In this document: positions 1 through 10,582 of the stretch, one piece after another
Position numbering within the stretch: the stretch's first letter is position 1
Layout: every line of letters starts with the position of its first letter
Origin: an uncultured Gemmatimonadales bacterium
Lineage (GTDB): Bacteria > Gemmatimonadota > Gemmatimonadetes > Gemmatimonadales > GWC2-71-9
Assembly (NCBI GenBank): GCA_963771275.1
Contig: CAVYSW010000003.1
Location: 1,056,001 to 1,120,000 of the forward strand
DNA: 64,000 nt
Direction of reading: 5' to 3'
Notes under the pieces: generated by a model
Told to the model about the DNA's origin: nothing
The model's database searches: none
Seen by the model: only the letters and a program-made list of their open reading frames with translations
Translations under genes and position numbers: made by a program

Positions 1-318
1 GCGGACCTGGTTGGTCCCGACCCCGGTCACGTCCAGGCCGGCCAGACCGCGAAACAGGTCGCTCACCGAGTTCGGGACCCGCTGGGTGATCGCCCTCCGG
101 TCGATCACGCTGACCGGCGTCGGGACGTCGAACACGCTGGTCTCGGTGCGGGTCGCCGTGACCGTGATCGGCGTGAGCCGCACGGCGGCCGAGTCGCGGC
201 GCGTCGTGTCGCGCGCCGCCGCCCCACGCTGCGCCGCCACCGGCGCCGCGCCACTCGCCAGGAACAGGCCTGCCGCGATGACCCGGCCGGCCCGGCATTT
301 CCACGATGAGAATGACAT
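1..318 (-). CDS. TonB-dependent receptor, N-terminal part (signal peptide + plug start), runs off the window
   Basis: Not in ORF track. My translation: MSFSSWKCRAGRVIAAGLFLASGAAPVAAQ...LTPITVTATRTETSVFDVPTPVSVIDRRAITQRVPNSVSDLFRGLAGLDVTGVGTNQVR, i.e. TonB box-like ITVTATR plus plug motif; GAGGAG upstream of ATG. Confidence 0.9.
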   Translation of the reverse strand, partial: MSFSSWKCRAGRVIAAGLFLASGAAPVAAQRGAAARDTTRRDSAAVRLTPITVTATRTETSVFDVPTPVSVIDRRAITQRVPNSVSDLFRGLAGLDVTGVGTNQVR

Positions 319-372
319 GTGCTCCTCAAGGCTGTGTGTCCGGCCCGCGCCAACCCGTGGCGCGGTCCAAAC

Positions 373-441
373 AGGCTAAAGGAGCGTGATTATCCGGGGT
401 ATTCGTGAAGATCCGGGCGGGCGAGTCCGGAAAACTACCGA
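373..441 (-). promoter_or_regulatory. Putative promoter of the TonB receptor gene with two imperfect 16-bp boxes
   Basis: -10-like TAGCCT (378-373); boxes TCCGGGGTATTCGTGA (393-408) and TCCGGAAAACTACCGA (426-441), 33 bp apart. Confidence 0.35.
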
Positions 442-1103
442 TCGTCCTCGCCTAAGAGGCCCGTTTCCAGTGCGAAGCGGGTCAGCTCCGCGACCGACCG
501 CACCCCGAGCTTCTTAAGGATGTTCTCACGATGGGTTTCGACGGTCCTGTGGCTGATGCCGAGTTCCGTCGCGGTTTCCTTGTTGGTGCGCCCCGCCACG
601 ATGCGGCGGAGCACATCCAGCTCACGCGTCGTGAGGCGCTCGCGCCGCTGGGCCTGCTCGCTCCGCTCGGCCTCCTGTCGCAGGGCGACGTTGAGCTGGC
701 GCGTCGTGGCGGCGCTGAACGCACTCTCGCCCCGGGACACCCGGCGGATCGCGTCGCGCAGCTCCGCAGGGGACGAGTCCTTCAGCACGTACCCATCCGC
801 TCCGGCGCGCACCGCTTCCAGCACGTACTCCGTATTGTCGTAGACGCTGAGCATCAGGATCATCGTGGTGGGCAGCAGCCGCTTGAGCCGGCGCGCCACC
901 TCGAGACCAGACTCGCCCGGGAGCGACACGTCGAGCACGACGACATCCGGCACTCCGGCTTCAGCCTGGGTGATCGCCTCGTCGGCGTTCCCCGCCTCGC
1001 CGATCACCATGAAGCCCGCCTCCGCTTCGAGGACCTGGCGGATGCCCTGGCGAACGATCGCGTGGTCATCGACGACCAGCACGCGAATCCTGCCCTCGTT
1101 CAT
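435..1103 (-). CDS. NarL/FixJ-family response regulator (REC + LuxR HTH)
   Basis: VLVVDDH, DVVVLDVSLP, GYVLK, LTTRELDVL...ISHRTVETHRENILKKLG. Confidence 0.95.
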   Translation of the reverse strand: MNEGRIRVLVVDDHAIVRQGIRQVLEAEAGFMVIGEAGNADEAITQAEAGVPDVVVLDVSLPGESGLEVARRLKRLLPTTMILMLSVYDNTEYVLEAVRAGADGYVLKDSSPAELRDAIRRVSRGESAFSAATTRQLNVALRQEAERSEQAQRRERLTTRELDVLRRIVAGRTNKETATELGISHRTVETHRENILKKLGVRSVAELTRFALETGLLGEDDR

Positions 1104-2878
1104 GACCGATCCTCCGCCCCCGTCGGGACCCGAACCCGCAGGCGGACGCCGCCCTCCGGCGCCGCCTGGACCGTCACGCTGCCGCCGAGCGCGCTGATGC
1201 GCTCCCGCATGCCCGCCAGGCCCATGTGTCCCCGCCGCTCAAACTGCTCCGCCGTCATCCCGGCGGGTAGCCCTCGGCCGTTATCCGCCACGTCGAGCTC
1301 CACCGCCGCGTCCCGCGCCTGCACCGTCACGTCCACCGTGGTGGCACCGGCGTGGCGCACGACGTTCGCCAGGCCCTCCTGGAGCGCGCGGAACAGCCCC
1401 AGCTCGGCCGCCTCCGACGTGGCCGGCAGGCTGGGCGGGGCATGCAGCCTGACGTCGAGATCGCCGCGGGCATCGAAGTCCCGCACCAGCGCCCGCAGCG
1501 CGGGCAGCAGGCCGAGCTCGTCGAGCAGCGACGGCCGCAGGTCGTTGGTCACGTTCCGGATGCTGCGGATGCCGGCGTCGATCAGCCCGAGCGAGCGGTC
1601 GAGGCGCGGCACCAAGGCCGGCGCAGCCTGCTCGCGCAGCAGGCCGAGCTCGAGTTTCACCGCCGCGAACACCTGGGCGGTCTCGTCGTGCAGCTCCCGC
1701 GACAGGCGGCGTCGCTCATCCTCATGCTGGTGCACCATTCGCGCGGCAAGCCGCTCGAGGTCGGCCGTCCGCGCCTCCAGCCGGCGGTCGAGGTCCGCGT
1801 TCTCCAGCGCCGCGCCCATTTGCTGTCCCAGGGCAACGAGGAACCGCGTGTCGAGCGCCGCGAACGGATCCCGCGCGTCGCCGACGATGACGAGTGCGCC
1901 CGTGACGGACGCCCCACGGAATATCGGAAGCGCCGCGGCGTAGGCGTAGCGCGACGCCCCGTCTGCCCCGGAGGCCCGCTGGCGAGCCACTTCCGGCTGT
2001 CCCGACCGCAGCGTGCGGCTGATCGCGTCGGCCGCGGCTGCGGACGGCTCCTGACCGGCCCAGCCGGCGCAGACGCCGGTGCCCTGCGCGTAGCGCCCGG
2101 TGGTCGCGGCGTACATCGCGGCTCCCCGCACGCCCGTGAGCTGGAGCGTGCCTTCGAGCAACGGCCGCACCACCTCGTGCTGACGGCCGCCCCCCTGCAG
2201 GCGGCCGGAGACGGCCGACAGCGCCTCGAGCCCGCGCTGGAGGTCTTCGAGGACCAGCAGGAGCGTCCCCGCGCCGACCCCCAGCACGAACAGCAGGTCG
2301 AGGTAGTAGCCCCACGGATTCCAGGCCCCGCGGGCCCGGAGGAACGGGTAGTCGAGATGGTGCACGCCCCAGAGAAACAGCACCACCGCGAGGGCGAGCG
2401 CCGCCACCGACCCCACGCGCTGGTGGTAGCGGAGGAACTCCCAGCCAGCCCACAACGTGGCCCCGGCGAGAAACACGACGGCCGGTGCGGCCGCCAGCAG
2501 GAAGTTCTCCATCTGATAGATCGCGACGTACGACCACAGCGGCGGAAACAGGACCACCAGGAGATAGCGGTGGCGCCAGCGGAGCTGCTGCGCGAACACC
2601 AGCGCCGCCCACAGCAGGGCCAGGGCGGTCCACCCCGTAACCACCTGATGCCAGTAGAGCCACGACCAATCCTGGGTCATCAGGAAGCTGATGATGGCGC
2701 CCAGGCGGAGCACGTACAGCAGCCACGCGAGCGCGAACCAGCCGAAGTACGGCTTGCGGTACCGGCGGTACAGGAACGTGAACAGCCCCGCCAGCCCCAG
2801 CATCACGGCCGCCTGGAGCAGGGCCGCGGCGAGTTCCGGGGGTGACAGGGCGGTGACGTCGGCCTGCATGGTCAGCAA
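1100..2878 (-). CDS. Membrane sensor histidine kinase (multi-TM sensor, GAF, HisKA_3, HATPase)
   Basis: About 7 hydrophobic segments; ERRRLSRELHDETAQ H-box; QEGLANVVRHA, DNGRG, GLAGMRER; 4-nt overlap with the regulator; alternative ATG at 2869. Confidence 0.93.
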   Translation of the reverse strand: MLTMQADVTALSPPELAAALLQAAVMLGLAGLFTFLYRRYRKPYFGWFALAWLLYVLRLGAIISFLMTQDWSWLYWHQVVTGWTALALLWAALVFAQQLRWRHRYLLVVLFPPLWSYVAIYQMENFLLAAAPAVVFLAGATLWAGWEFLRYHQRVGSVAALALAVVLFLWGVHHLDYPFLRARGAWNPWGYYLDLLFVLGVGAGTLLLVLEDLQRGLEALSAVSGRLQGGGRQHEVVRPLLEGTLQLTGVRGAAMYAATTGRYAQGTGVCAGWAGQEPSAAAADAISRTLRSGQPEVARQRASGADGASRYAYAAALPIFRGASVTGALVIVGDARDPFAALDTRFLVALGQQMGAALENADLDRRLEARTADLERLAARMVHQHEDERRRLSRELHDETAQVFAAVKLELGLLREQAAPALVPRLDRSLGLIDAGIRSIRNVTNDLRPSLLDELGLLPALRALVRDFDARGDLDVRLHAPPSLPATSEAAELGLFRALQEGLANVVRHAGATTVDVTVQARDAAVELDVADNGRGLPAGMTAEQFERRGHMGLAGMRERISALGGSVTVQAAPEGGVRLRVRVPTGAEDRS

Positions 2879-2929
2879 ACAAACCCGGCCTCGGCTCGCG
2901 AGGCAACGGGACGCCGGGAGCGGCGCGCT

Positions 2930-5900
2930 TCAGTCCGCGGCAGGGGGCCAATCCGGGGCGGGTCCGTCCAGGGTTTCCCGCACGCGGGTGAGCAACTCCG
3001 CGATGGCCCACGGCTTCGGCAGAAACGGGACGCCCGGCGCGATCTGCTCCTCCCAGGGCATCTCACCTTCCGCATAGCCGCTGGTGAACAGGAAGCGCGG
3101 CCGGTGCGGCATGCGGCTCACCGCCTCGAACAGCTTGCGACCCGAGAGCCGGGGCATGAGCACGTCCGCGATCACGAGCGCGATGTCTTTGCCGGAGGAT
3201 TCCAGCAGTCCGAGGGCCTCCAGCCCGTCGGCGGCGGCGAGCACGCGGTAGCCGAACTGCTCGAGCACACGCGTGGCCGACCGCCGGATGCTCGCCTCGT
3301 CCTCCACCAGCAGGAGGAGCTCCGTGCCCCCGCGCACCGTTCCGTCGGCCGGTCGCGCCGCCGGGTCCGGTGCCGGCGCGGCGCCGGCGGCGACGGTCGG
3401 GAGGTAGACGCGGAAGCTCGAGCCGTGGGCCATGCGGCTGTCGACCACGATGTAGCCGTGATGCTGCTTCACGAGCCCGTAGACCATCGCGAGGCCGAGT
3501 CCCGTGCCCTTGCCGATGGGCTTGGTAGTGAAGAACGGCTCGAAGACCCGCGCCCGCGTGGCTTCGTCCATGCCCGCTCCGGTGTCGCGCAGCTCCAGGC
3601 ACATGTAGCGGCCCCGCTGGCCGAACCCCCATTGCAGACACTGGGCGTCGTCGAGCTCGACCGGAAGCGTGACGATGTGCAGCAGCCCTCCCTCCGGCAT
3701 CGCGTCGCGCGCATTCGTGGCGAGGTTGAGGATGATCTGCAGGATCGCCCCGCGGTCGGCCCAGATTCGGTCCGCCGTGGGCTCGGCGGTCACGCGCATC
3801 TCGATGCTCTCGGGGAGCAGCCGGCGGAGCATGGCGCTCGCTTCGGACGCGACGATCGCCAGATCCAGTTGCTCGAGCGCGAGCGGCTCCCGCCGGCTGA
3901 ACGCCATCAGCTTGCGAATCAGCTCGGCGCCTCGCCCCGCCGCTGTCTTGACATCCTCGACGTCGCGGCGCAGCTCGGTGAGGTGTGCCGGCAGCGACGA
4001 GGCGATGTAGTCGGCGTTGGCGAGCACCGTCGTGAGGATGTTGTTGAAGTCGTGCGCGATCCCGCCGGTGAGCTGCCCGACCGCCTCCATCCGCTGCGAG
4101 TGGCGCAGCTGCCGCTCGAGCATTCTGCGCTCGGTCACGTCCTCCACGATCATCTCGAACGCTTCGATCTCGCCCGCGGCGTTGCGCACCTGCCGCCCAT
4201 TCAGCTGCACGCGGATCGGGCGCCCGTCCTTGCGAACCCAGTCCACCTCGACGCGCTCGACCCGGTCCGCGCCCGCGTAGCGTTGCATCAGCGCCGCGCG
4301 CTGACCCGGGATGGCGTAGACCTGTTCCATGCCGGCGGCAAGCAGCTCACCCACCGAGTCGTACCGCAGCATCTCTGCCAGCGCGGGATTCGCCATGAGG
4401 AGCCGGCCGGCCGGCGTGGAGCGGTACAGCCCGTAGGTCACGTGGTCGACGAGCGCACGGTAGTCGATTTCGGACGTCCGGAGCCGGTCCTCGATCGTGC
4501 GGCGGTGCCGGGCGGCGGCGAGCACGTGGGCAACCGTCTGGACGAACCCCGCATCCTCGGGCGTGAACGCGTGGACCGCGCTGCTGTGCGCGCCCAAGAC
4601 GCCGTGCGGGCGATCCGATGGCCCAATCACGACGCTGAGTCCACTGCGCACGCCATGGTCCTTGAGCAGCGGCGGCGCGCAGAACCGGCGCTCCGTGGCG
4701 AAGTCCGCCACGACCACGGGGCTCCCGACGCGGAGCGTATACCCCCCCTGCGAGCCTTCGTCAGCGGGAACCGTTGCGATCCCCACGGCGCCCGGACGCC
4801 AGCCGACCCCCGCGGTGAGTCGCAGGAGGTCGGCCTCCGCGTCATACGCCAGGATCTTCGCGAATTCGACGCCGAGGGTGGTCGCCACGAGTTGGACCGC
4901 GTGCATCTCGAGGCGGCCGAGGTCCGCCGACTCGAGCGCCGCCCGGCCCAGCTCGGCCACGGCGGCCTGCTGCCGCACCCGGGTCTCCAGCTCCGCCGCC
5001 CCGCGCTTGCGCTCGGTGATGTCGCGGTAGGTCCCGACGATCGCCTGCACGCTCGGATCGTCGAGCAGATTGACGCCGGCGGCTTCGACCCACCGCCACG
5101 TCCCGTCCTGGTGGCGGACCCGCAGCTCCATCGGCACACCCAGCTCGGGGGGGTCCCGCATGTCGCGAAACGCGCTGGTGACCAGGGCATGATCGTCGGG
5201 ATGGATGAAATCGAAGATCGAATGGTCGATGACGTCCGTGGGGCGATGACCGAGCACGCGCTCGACGGATGGCGTGATGTAGCGAATCCCGCCGTCCGCA
5301 TCGACCAGGTTGATCACGTCCCACCCGTGCTCGACGAGCCGGCGGAACCGTCGTTCACTGGCTTCCATCGCCGCCGTGGCGCGCTCGCGCTCGCTCAGGT
5401 CGCGGGCCACGGCGATGATGCGGCCGTCGGGCAGCCGTCGGAGGTTCGCTTCCACGCGCACCCGCGTGCCATCACGCCGCACGAACACGCGGCGGACCAT
5501 GACGGTCTGCTCCGGCTCCACCGCGTCGAGCCGCACCGGCTGCTGCGCGAGATCCTCAGGCGCCACCAGATCGGTGACGCGCTTTCCGATCAGCTCCTCG
5601 CGCGCGTAGCCGAGCAGCTCGCAGGCGGCGGGATTGACCTCGGTCCAGCGCCCATCCGGGTCCGCGAGGAAGATGCCGTCCGAGGCGTGATTCACCACGA
5701 GCTCGAGACGCTTGCGGCTCTCCCCCAGGGCGTGCCGTGTCGCCTCCTGCTCCGTCACGTCCCGCGCCGTGAGCACGATGGCCTCGACGGTGGGGTCGTC
5801 GAGCTGGTAGTTGGCGCTCACCTCGAGGAGGCGCCATGAACCGTCGGCGTGCCGCACGCGCAGGCGCACCGCCGGAGCCGGCCCCGCGACGTCGACGCGC

Positions 5901-6397
5901 TCGCTGAACCACCGGGTCACGCGCGCGACCTCGTCCGGATGCAGCAGGTCGAACACCGGGCGGCCCACCACGCTGCGCGGCTCGACCCCGAGCACCGCCT
6001 GGACCGCGGGGCTGGCGTACTCGATGCTGCCCGCCCGGTCGAGGCGGACTACGATGTCGAGCACGTTGGCCAGCAGCGAGCTGGCCCGACGCTCGGCGTC
6101 CGCCACGAGCTGGACGGCGCGGTTGGCGCGCTGGAAGACGGACCCGATGAGGACGGTCCCGACGAGCAGCAGCAGCGAGGTTCCCAGCGCCACGACTTCG
6201 GCGTCGAAGCTGGGCGCCGCGTGTCCCTGCAGCACGCTCCACAGCACGACGGCGCGATGCACGGCCATCAGTGCCATGGCCGCCGCGAGAAGCACCCACG
6301 GCGATCGTCGCCCTGTGAGACCGATCAGGCGCAACGCGAACACCGTTGCACCCATCTGGAACGCGATCGACAGCAGCAGCAGGGCCGTGACGCTCAT
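2930..6397 (-). CDS. Hybrid sensor kinase (3 TM, PAS x3, GAF, PAS, HisKA, HATPase, REC)
   Basis: PAS repeats (HPD...RHxDGxWR); [31 protein letters not shown]-terminal receiver LLVEDE. Confidence 0.95.
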   Translation of the reverse strand: MSVTALLLLSIAFQMGATVFALRLIGLTGRRSPWVLLAAAMALMAVHRAVVLWSVLQGHAAPSFDAEVVALGTSLLLLVGTVLIGSVFQRANRAVQLVADAERRASSLLANVLDIVVRLDRAGSIEYASPAVQAVLGVEPRSVVGRPVFDLLHPDEVARVTRWFSERVDVAGPAPAVRLRVRHADGSWRLLEVSANYQLDDPTVEAIVLTARDVTEQEATRHALGESRKRLELVVNHASDGIFLADPDGRWTEVNPAACELLGYAREELIGKRVTDLVAPEDLAQQPVRLDAVEPEQTVMVRRVFVRRDGTRVRVEANLRRLPDGRIIAVARDLSERERATAAMEASERRFRRLVEHGWDVINLVDADGGIRYITPSVERVLGHRPTDVIDHSIFDFIHPDDHALVTSAFRDMRDPPELGVPMELRVRHQDGTWRWVEAAGVNLLDDPSVQAIVGTYRDITERKRGAAELETRVRQQAAVAELGRAALESADLGRLEMHAVQLVATTLGVEFAKILAYDAEADLLRLTAGVGWRPGAVGIATVPADEGSQGGYTLRVGSPVVVADFATERRFCAPPLLKDHGVRSGLSVVIGPSDRPHGVLGAHSSAVHAFTPEDAGFVQTVAHVLAAARHRRTIEDRLRTSEIDYRALVDHVTYGLYRSTPAGRLLMANPALAEMLRYDSVGELLAAGMEQVYAIPGQRAALMQRYAGADRVERVEVDWVRKDGRPIRVQLNGRQVRNAAGEIEAFEMIVEDVTERRMLERQLRHSQRMEAVGQLTGGIAHDFNNILTTVLANADYIASSLPAHLTELRRDVEDVKTAAGRGAELIRKLMAFSRREPLALEQLDLAIVASEASAMLRRLLPESIEMRVTAEPTADRIWADRGAILQIILNLATNARDAMPEGGLLHIVTLPVELDDAQCLQWGFGQRGRYMCLELRDTGAGMDEATRARVFEPFFTTKPIGKGTGLGLAMVYGLVKQHHGYIVVDSRMAHGSSFRVYLPTVAAGAAPAPDPAARPADGTVRGGTELLLLVEDEASIRRSATRVLEQFGYRVLAAADGLEALGLLESSGKDIALVIADVLMPRLSGRKLFEAVSRMPHRPRFLFTSGYAEGEMPWEEQIAPGVPFLPKPWAIAELLTRVRETLDGPAPDWPPAAD

Positions 6398-6628
6398 GAT
6401 CTGGCCTTCATGATAGCGATCGCGCGTCGCGCCGCCAGCCGACCCGAGCGCGGTCTCCCAATGCGCGATGCGCCACCGTACCGTCGCCGGATGGGGCGTC
6501 GTGCTGCGACGGCCGGGACCCGTTACCTTCCGGGGGCGGCGGTCTCACGAACCCACGAGGCAACCTGACATCCCAGCGCCGGACCCCCGGCGGCCGCAGG
6601 CGACCCCCAGCACAGCGATGGAGCGGCC

Positions 6629-6793
6629 ATGACGGAATCAAAGAACCGCCGCACCGGTACCGATCGCCGGAAGCGCCGCGTGCGCGACGCGACTCGGCGC
6701 AAGCAGCAGACCCCGATGTCGATCGAGCGGCGGTCGGGGATGGACCGCCGCGCGCGCGATCGTCGAACCGGCAAGGACCGCCGACGCGACTAG
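6629..6793 (+). CDS. Small Arg-rich protein (54 aa) with three RRxGxDRR repeats
   Basis: Below ORF-track cutoff. MTESKNRRTGTDRRKRRVRDATRRKQQTPMSIERRSGMDRRARDRRTGKDRRRD; GGAG upstream; stop overlaps convergent stop in CTAG 6790-6793. Confidence 0.7.
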   Translation: MTESKNRRTGTDRRKRRVRDATRRKQQTPMSIERRSGMDRRARDRRTGKDRRRD

Positions 6794-8094
6794 GGTCCGC
6801 CGGGACCCTTGTAGACCACGCCGTCCTTCATCACGAAGAACACGCGCTCGAGCTCGCTGACGTCCGCCAGCGGATCGCCCCGCACCGCCACCAGGTCGGC
6901 GAGCGCGTCCGGCGCGATCACGCCGAGTCGACCGGACTGATCGAGCAGCGCGGCCGGCACGGAGGTCGCCGCCTTGATCACGGCCATCGGAGGCATCCCG
7001 TACTCCGCCATCAGGGTCAGCTCCTTCGCCTCGTTGATCGTCCAGGGGAATCCGCCCGCGTCGGTGCCCAGGGCGATCCGCACCCCCTGCTTCACCGCGA
7101 GCTGGAACGCGCGCTTCTCGGCCGCCACCAGCGCCGGCCACACGCCGCCGCGCGGCGTGACGTACACACCGACGAACATCGTGGGACACCAGTAGACGCC
7201 CTGTGCGATCACCCGGTCGATCAGGTCCTCTGTCAGCCCGTCGCCGTGTTCGATCGAGTTGACGCCCGCGCGGAGCGCCGCGTCGATCCCGTCCCACCCG
7301 ATCGCGTGCGCCGCCACGTTCCTGCCCAGGCGGTGGGCTTCCTCCACGATCGCCTTCATCTCCTCGTCGGTGTAGTTCACCCATGAGCGCACGCGCCCGT
7401 CGGGCGCCATGTAGTAGCGCCGGTCGGCGTAGAACTTGATCCAGTCGGCACCATACTTGACCTGTTCGCGGACCGCCTTCCGCAGATCGTCCGGCCCGTC
7501 CGCGATCTGCACACCGCTCGGCATCTGCAGCTCCCACGAGTAGCCCGTCACGGGGTACATGCCCGTCGGCGCGAGCGCCCGGGTCGACACGAACAGGCGC
7601 GGCCCCGGGATCACCCCGCGGTTGATCGCGGTCTTGACGTCCACGTCGGCGTACATCGCGCCTTCGGTTTCCACGTCGCGCAGCGCCGTGAACCCGTTCA
7701 GCAGCGCCGTGCGCACCGCGACCGTGGCGCGGATCGTCCGGTAGGGGGTGCTCTCCTTGAGGATCTGGTCGTCGTAGTCCTCCGACGTGATGTCGCCCTG
7801 CAGCAGGATGTGCGTATGGGCGTCGATCAGCCCCGGGAGCAGCGTCGCGTCGCCCAGGGCGACCTCCATGATCCTGCCCCGGGCACGGCGCCGCAGGTCC
7901 GCCGCCGCACCCACGGCCATGATGCGGTGGCCTTCGACGAGCACCGCCACGTTCTCGCGCGGCGCGTCGGACATGCCGTCGATCAGCCGACGTGCCGTGA
8001 CGAGGTACGAAGTGGGCGGCACAGAATCCTGCGCCGCGACCGGCAGCGGGACGCACGCGGTGGCGGCCATCAGGAGGAACGCACGACCCAGCAT
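6790..8094 (-). CDS. Exported amidohydrolase-family metallohydrolase (Xaa-Pro dipeptidase-like)
   Basis: Signal peptide; PGLIDAHTH, GADWIK, AAHA, SIEHG, GTDAG. Confidence 0.9.
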   Translation of the reverse strand: MLGRAFLLMAATACVPLPVAAQDSVPPTSYLVTARRLIDGMSDAPRENVAVLVEGHRIMAVGAAADLRRRARGRIMEVALGDATLLPGLIDAHTHILLQGDITSEDYDDQILKESTPYRTIRATVAVRTALLNGFTALRDVETEGAMYADVDVKTAINRGVIPGPRLFVSTRALAPTGMYPVTGYSWELQMPSGVQIADGPDDLRKAVREQVKYGADWIKFYADRRYYMAPDGRVRSWVNYTDEEMKAIVEEAHRLGRNVAAHAIGWDGIDAALRAGVNSIEHGDGLTEDLIDRVIAQGVYWCPTMFVGVYVTPRGGVWPALVAAEKRAFQLAVKQGVRIALGTDAGGFPWTINEAKELTLMAEYGMPPMAVIKAATSVPAALLDQSGRLGVIAPDALADLVAVRGDPLADVSELERVFFVMKDGVVYKGPGGP

Positions 8095-8174
8095 GGCAGA
8101 CCCTCGGACTTGGAGACGCGCAGATTGTGGCGCCCGGGGCGCGGTCGCGCCAGAGGGCGGGAGGCGGAGATGCT

Positions 8175-8894
8175 TCAGAGCGAAGCGGCCAGCCCGTAGC
8201 GCTCCATCAGGGCCGAGTCCCCCGTGATGGCGGCGAGCGGGGCATCGGCTACGACGTGCCCCTCGTGCAGCACGATCCCGCGCCGGCAGAGTGCCCGGGC
8301 GACCTCGAGGTCGTGCGTCGCCGCGAGCAGCGTCTCCGGACGCGCGCGGAGCAAGCGCACGAGCTGCTGGCGGTGCCGGGCGTCGAGATCCCCGGTCGGC
8401 TCATCCAGGACGAGCAAGGCGGGACGCAGCACGAGCACGGTGGCCAACGCGGCGAGCCGCCGCTCGCCGCCGCTCAGATGGTGGGCTGCGCGATCGTGCG
8501 CGTGGTCGAGCCCGAGCGCCGCCAGGACCGCCCGGGCCTGCGCACCGGCTTCGGCGGGCCCCACCCCATCGTTGAGCAGGCCGAACGCGACGTCCTCCAG
8601 CAGGGTGGGCAGGAACAGCTGGTCGTTGGGGTCCTGAAACACGAGCCCCACGCGGCGGCGCACCGCCCGCACGGCACCGCTGTCGGTCAGCGCCATCCCG
8701 TCGACCCGCACGCTTCCTTCTGCGGGCACCAGCAGGCCATTGAGATGCTGCAGCAGCGTGCTCTTGCCGGAGCCGGTCGGCCCGAGCAGCGCCACCCGCT
8801 CCCCCTGCTCGATGCGGAACGACACCTGCGCGAGCGCGGCGGTGCCGTCCGGGTAGCGGAAACCGAGGCCGGAGACCTCCACCAGGGACGTCAT
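8175..8894 (-). CDS. cbiO: ECF transporter ATPase (CbiO/NikO)
   Basis: GPTGSGKST, VFQDPNDQLF, LSGGE, LDEPT, THD; ATG at 8894 overlaps cbiQ stop. Confidence 0.88.
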   Translation of the reverse strand: MTSLVEVSGLGFRYPDGTAALAQVSFRIEQGERVALLGPTGSGKSTLLQHLNGLLVPAEGSVRVDGMALTDSGAVRAVRRRVGLVFQDPNDQLFLPTLLEDVAFGLLNDGVGPAEAGAQARAVLAALGLDHAHDRAAHHLSGGERRLAALATVLVLRPALLVLDEPTGDLDARHRQQLVRLLRARPETLLAATHDLEVARALCRRGIVLHEGHVVADAPLAAITGDSALMERYGLAASL

Positions 8895-9664
8895 CAGAGC
8901 CCTCCGAGGTGGGCCGCTCCGCTCGTGACCGCCACCAGCGCAACAAGTGCGGCGAGCGCCAGGACGGTCTGCGGGCTCCAGACCCACGCTTGCAGGCTGG
9001 GGAGGTCGCCGCCGTAGCCACGCGCCACCATGGCGCGATGGGTTCGCTCGGCGCGGGCATACGCCCGCCCCAAGACGGCCGCCGACACGCCGATCACCAG
9101 GCGGCGACGCCCCGCATTGCCTCCGCCCGCGTTACGCGAACGGGCGGCCCGCTGCAGCCGCTCGATCTCGTCCACCAGGAGATAGAGCAGCCGGTACGCG
9201 AGTCCCAGGGCGGCCGTCACCACCAGCGGCAGGCGCAGGGTGCGCAGCGCGTGCAGCAGGTCCGGAAAGCTCGTGGTGCTGACCAGCACCACCGCCGAGC
9301 CCAGCGCGACGATCGCGCGTCCAACGACGAACCCGAAGCGGGCGATGCCCTCACGCGTCACCGCAACCGGTCCCACATGAGCGGCGGGCTCGCCCGGCAC
9401 CAGGACGAGCAGGCCGATCGACGCGAGCAGCACGAAGGCGAGTGGTCCCGCCATGCGGGCAAGCAGCCGGCGGAGCGGCAGCCGGGCGATGGCCGCCGCG
9501 GCGAGGACCGGCACCGCGAGGATGGCGAGCGGTCCCCAGGCGCCCTGCGGCAGGGTCGCGGCCCCGGCCGCCACGGCGGCGGCGCCGAGCAGTCGTGCCA
9601 CGGGCGGCGCCGCCGTGATCGGCGACGGCACGGTCGCGTACTGGTCGAGGTGGTGGAAGCTCAC
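8894..9664 (-). CDS. cbiQ: ECF transporter T component (CbiQ/NikQ)
   Basis: Hydrophobic; TTSFPDLLHALRTLRLP, YRLLYLL, ARSR and MVARGY motifs; GTG 9664 overlaps cbiM stop. Confidence 0.88.
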   Translation of the reverse strand: MSFHHLDQYATVPSPITAAPPVARLLGAAAVAAGAATLPQGAWGPLAILAVPVLAAAAIARLPLRRLLARMAGPLAFVLLASIGLLVLVPGEPAAHVGPVAVTREGIARFGFVVGRAIVALGSAVVLVSTTSFPDLLHALRTLRLPLVVTAALGLAYRLLYLLVDEIERLQRAARSRNAGGGNAGRRRLVIGVSAAVLGRAYARAERTHRAMVARGYGGDLPSLQAWVWSPQTVLALAALVALVAVTSGAAHLGGL

Positions 9665-10578
9665 GATCGCCGCCGGGCCGCCAGCCGGCTCACCGCCCAC
9701 GCGAGCAGGAACAGGACCGCCACCCCCACGACGGCAGCCACCCACGGTCCGCCGCGCGGCGCCGCGTATCCGGCGAACGGGGGCGTCACGCTGCTGGTCG
9801 CGCGACCGGTCAGCCCGAACCGCGCCGCCGCTGCCGTCAGCACGTCGGGGCGGGTGGAGGCGAGATACGCGGCGCCCACCGCCACCGCGAGAGCCAGCCC
9901 CAGCGTCACGAGGGCGAACCCCCGGGCCGCACGGCTCGGGGGACCCACGGCCGTCACCAGATCCGGCCGGCTCCGGATCACGAGCGTGAGGATGCTCCCG
10001 GTGAGGATTGCCTCCCCGATCCCCACGAGCACGTGCGCGCCGCCGATCAGCAGCACCGCCGGTCGCAGCGGGACGATGCCGGAAGCTGCCAGCTCCACGG
10101 CGACCGCGACGCCGACCAGCACCGTCGACCCGAAGCCGGCGAGCGCGGCGGCGACGGCGCGTCGCCCGGCGCCGTCCCCCACGAGCGCGAACACCCAGCG
10201 GTAGAGCAGGAAGCCGCCGCCGGCGCCGATCACGGCGAGATTCAGCGTGTTGGCGCCGAGCGCGGCGATGCCGCCGTCCTGAAACAGCAGCGCCTGAATG
10301 AGCACGACCGCGAACAGCACGAGCATGCCCGACCAGGGCCCGACCAGCGTCCCGACCAGCACGCCGCCCAGCAGGTGCGCGCTGGTGCCCGCGCCGAGCG
10401 GGAAGTTGAGCATTTGCGCCGCAAAGACGAAGGCCGTGAGCGCGCCGAGCAGCGGGGCTTCGCGCTCGGCGAGCCGCTGCCGGGAGCGTCTGGCGGCGAC
10501 CGCGAGGAAGACAGCGCTCGCGGCCGCCGTGCCAGCCACGACCGGGGCGCTCAGGAAGCCGTCTGGGATGTGCGCCAT
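9661..10578 (-). CDS. cbiM: Co/Ni ECF S component (CbiM/NikM) with fused PDGLE-like (NikN-type) C-terminus
   Basis: MAHIPDGFLS, FVFAAQMLNFP, GTSAHLLGG, QALLFQDGG, IGEAILT; C-terminal ASTRPDVL. Confidence 0.9.
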   Translation of the reverse strand: MAHIPDGFLSAPVVAGTAAASAVFLAVAARRSRQRLAEREAPLLGALTAFVFAAQMLNFPLGAGTSAHLLGGVLVGTLVGPWSGMLVLFAVVLIQALLFQDGGIAALGANTLNLAVIGAGGGFLLYRWVFALVGDGAGRRAVAAALAGFGSTVLVGVAVAVELAASGIVPLRPAVLLIGGAHVLVGIGEAILTGSILTLVIRSRPDLVTAVGPPSRAARGFALVTLGLALAVAVGAAYLASTRPDVLTAAAARFGLTGRATSSVTPPFAGYAAPRGGPWVAAVVGVAVLFLLAWAVSRLAARRRS

Positions 10579-10582
10579 CGGT

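Noticed and set aside
3104..5839. Very long antisense/alternate-frame ORFs (e.g. 911 aa here; also 16370-18283, 39524-41857, 43748-45355)
   Set aside because: Shadow ORFs expected from high GC3 codon bias; they overlap well-supported genes and show no motifs
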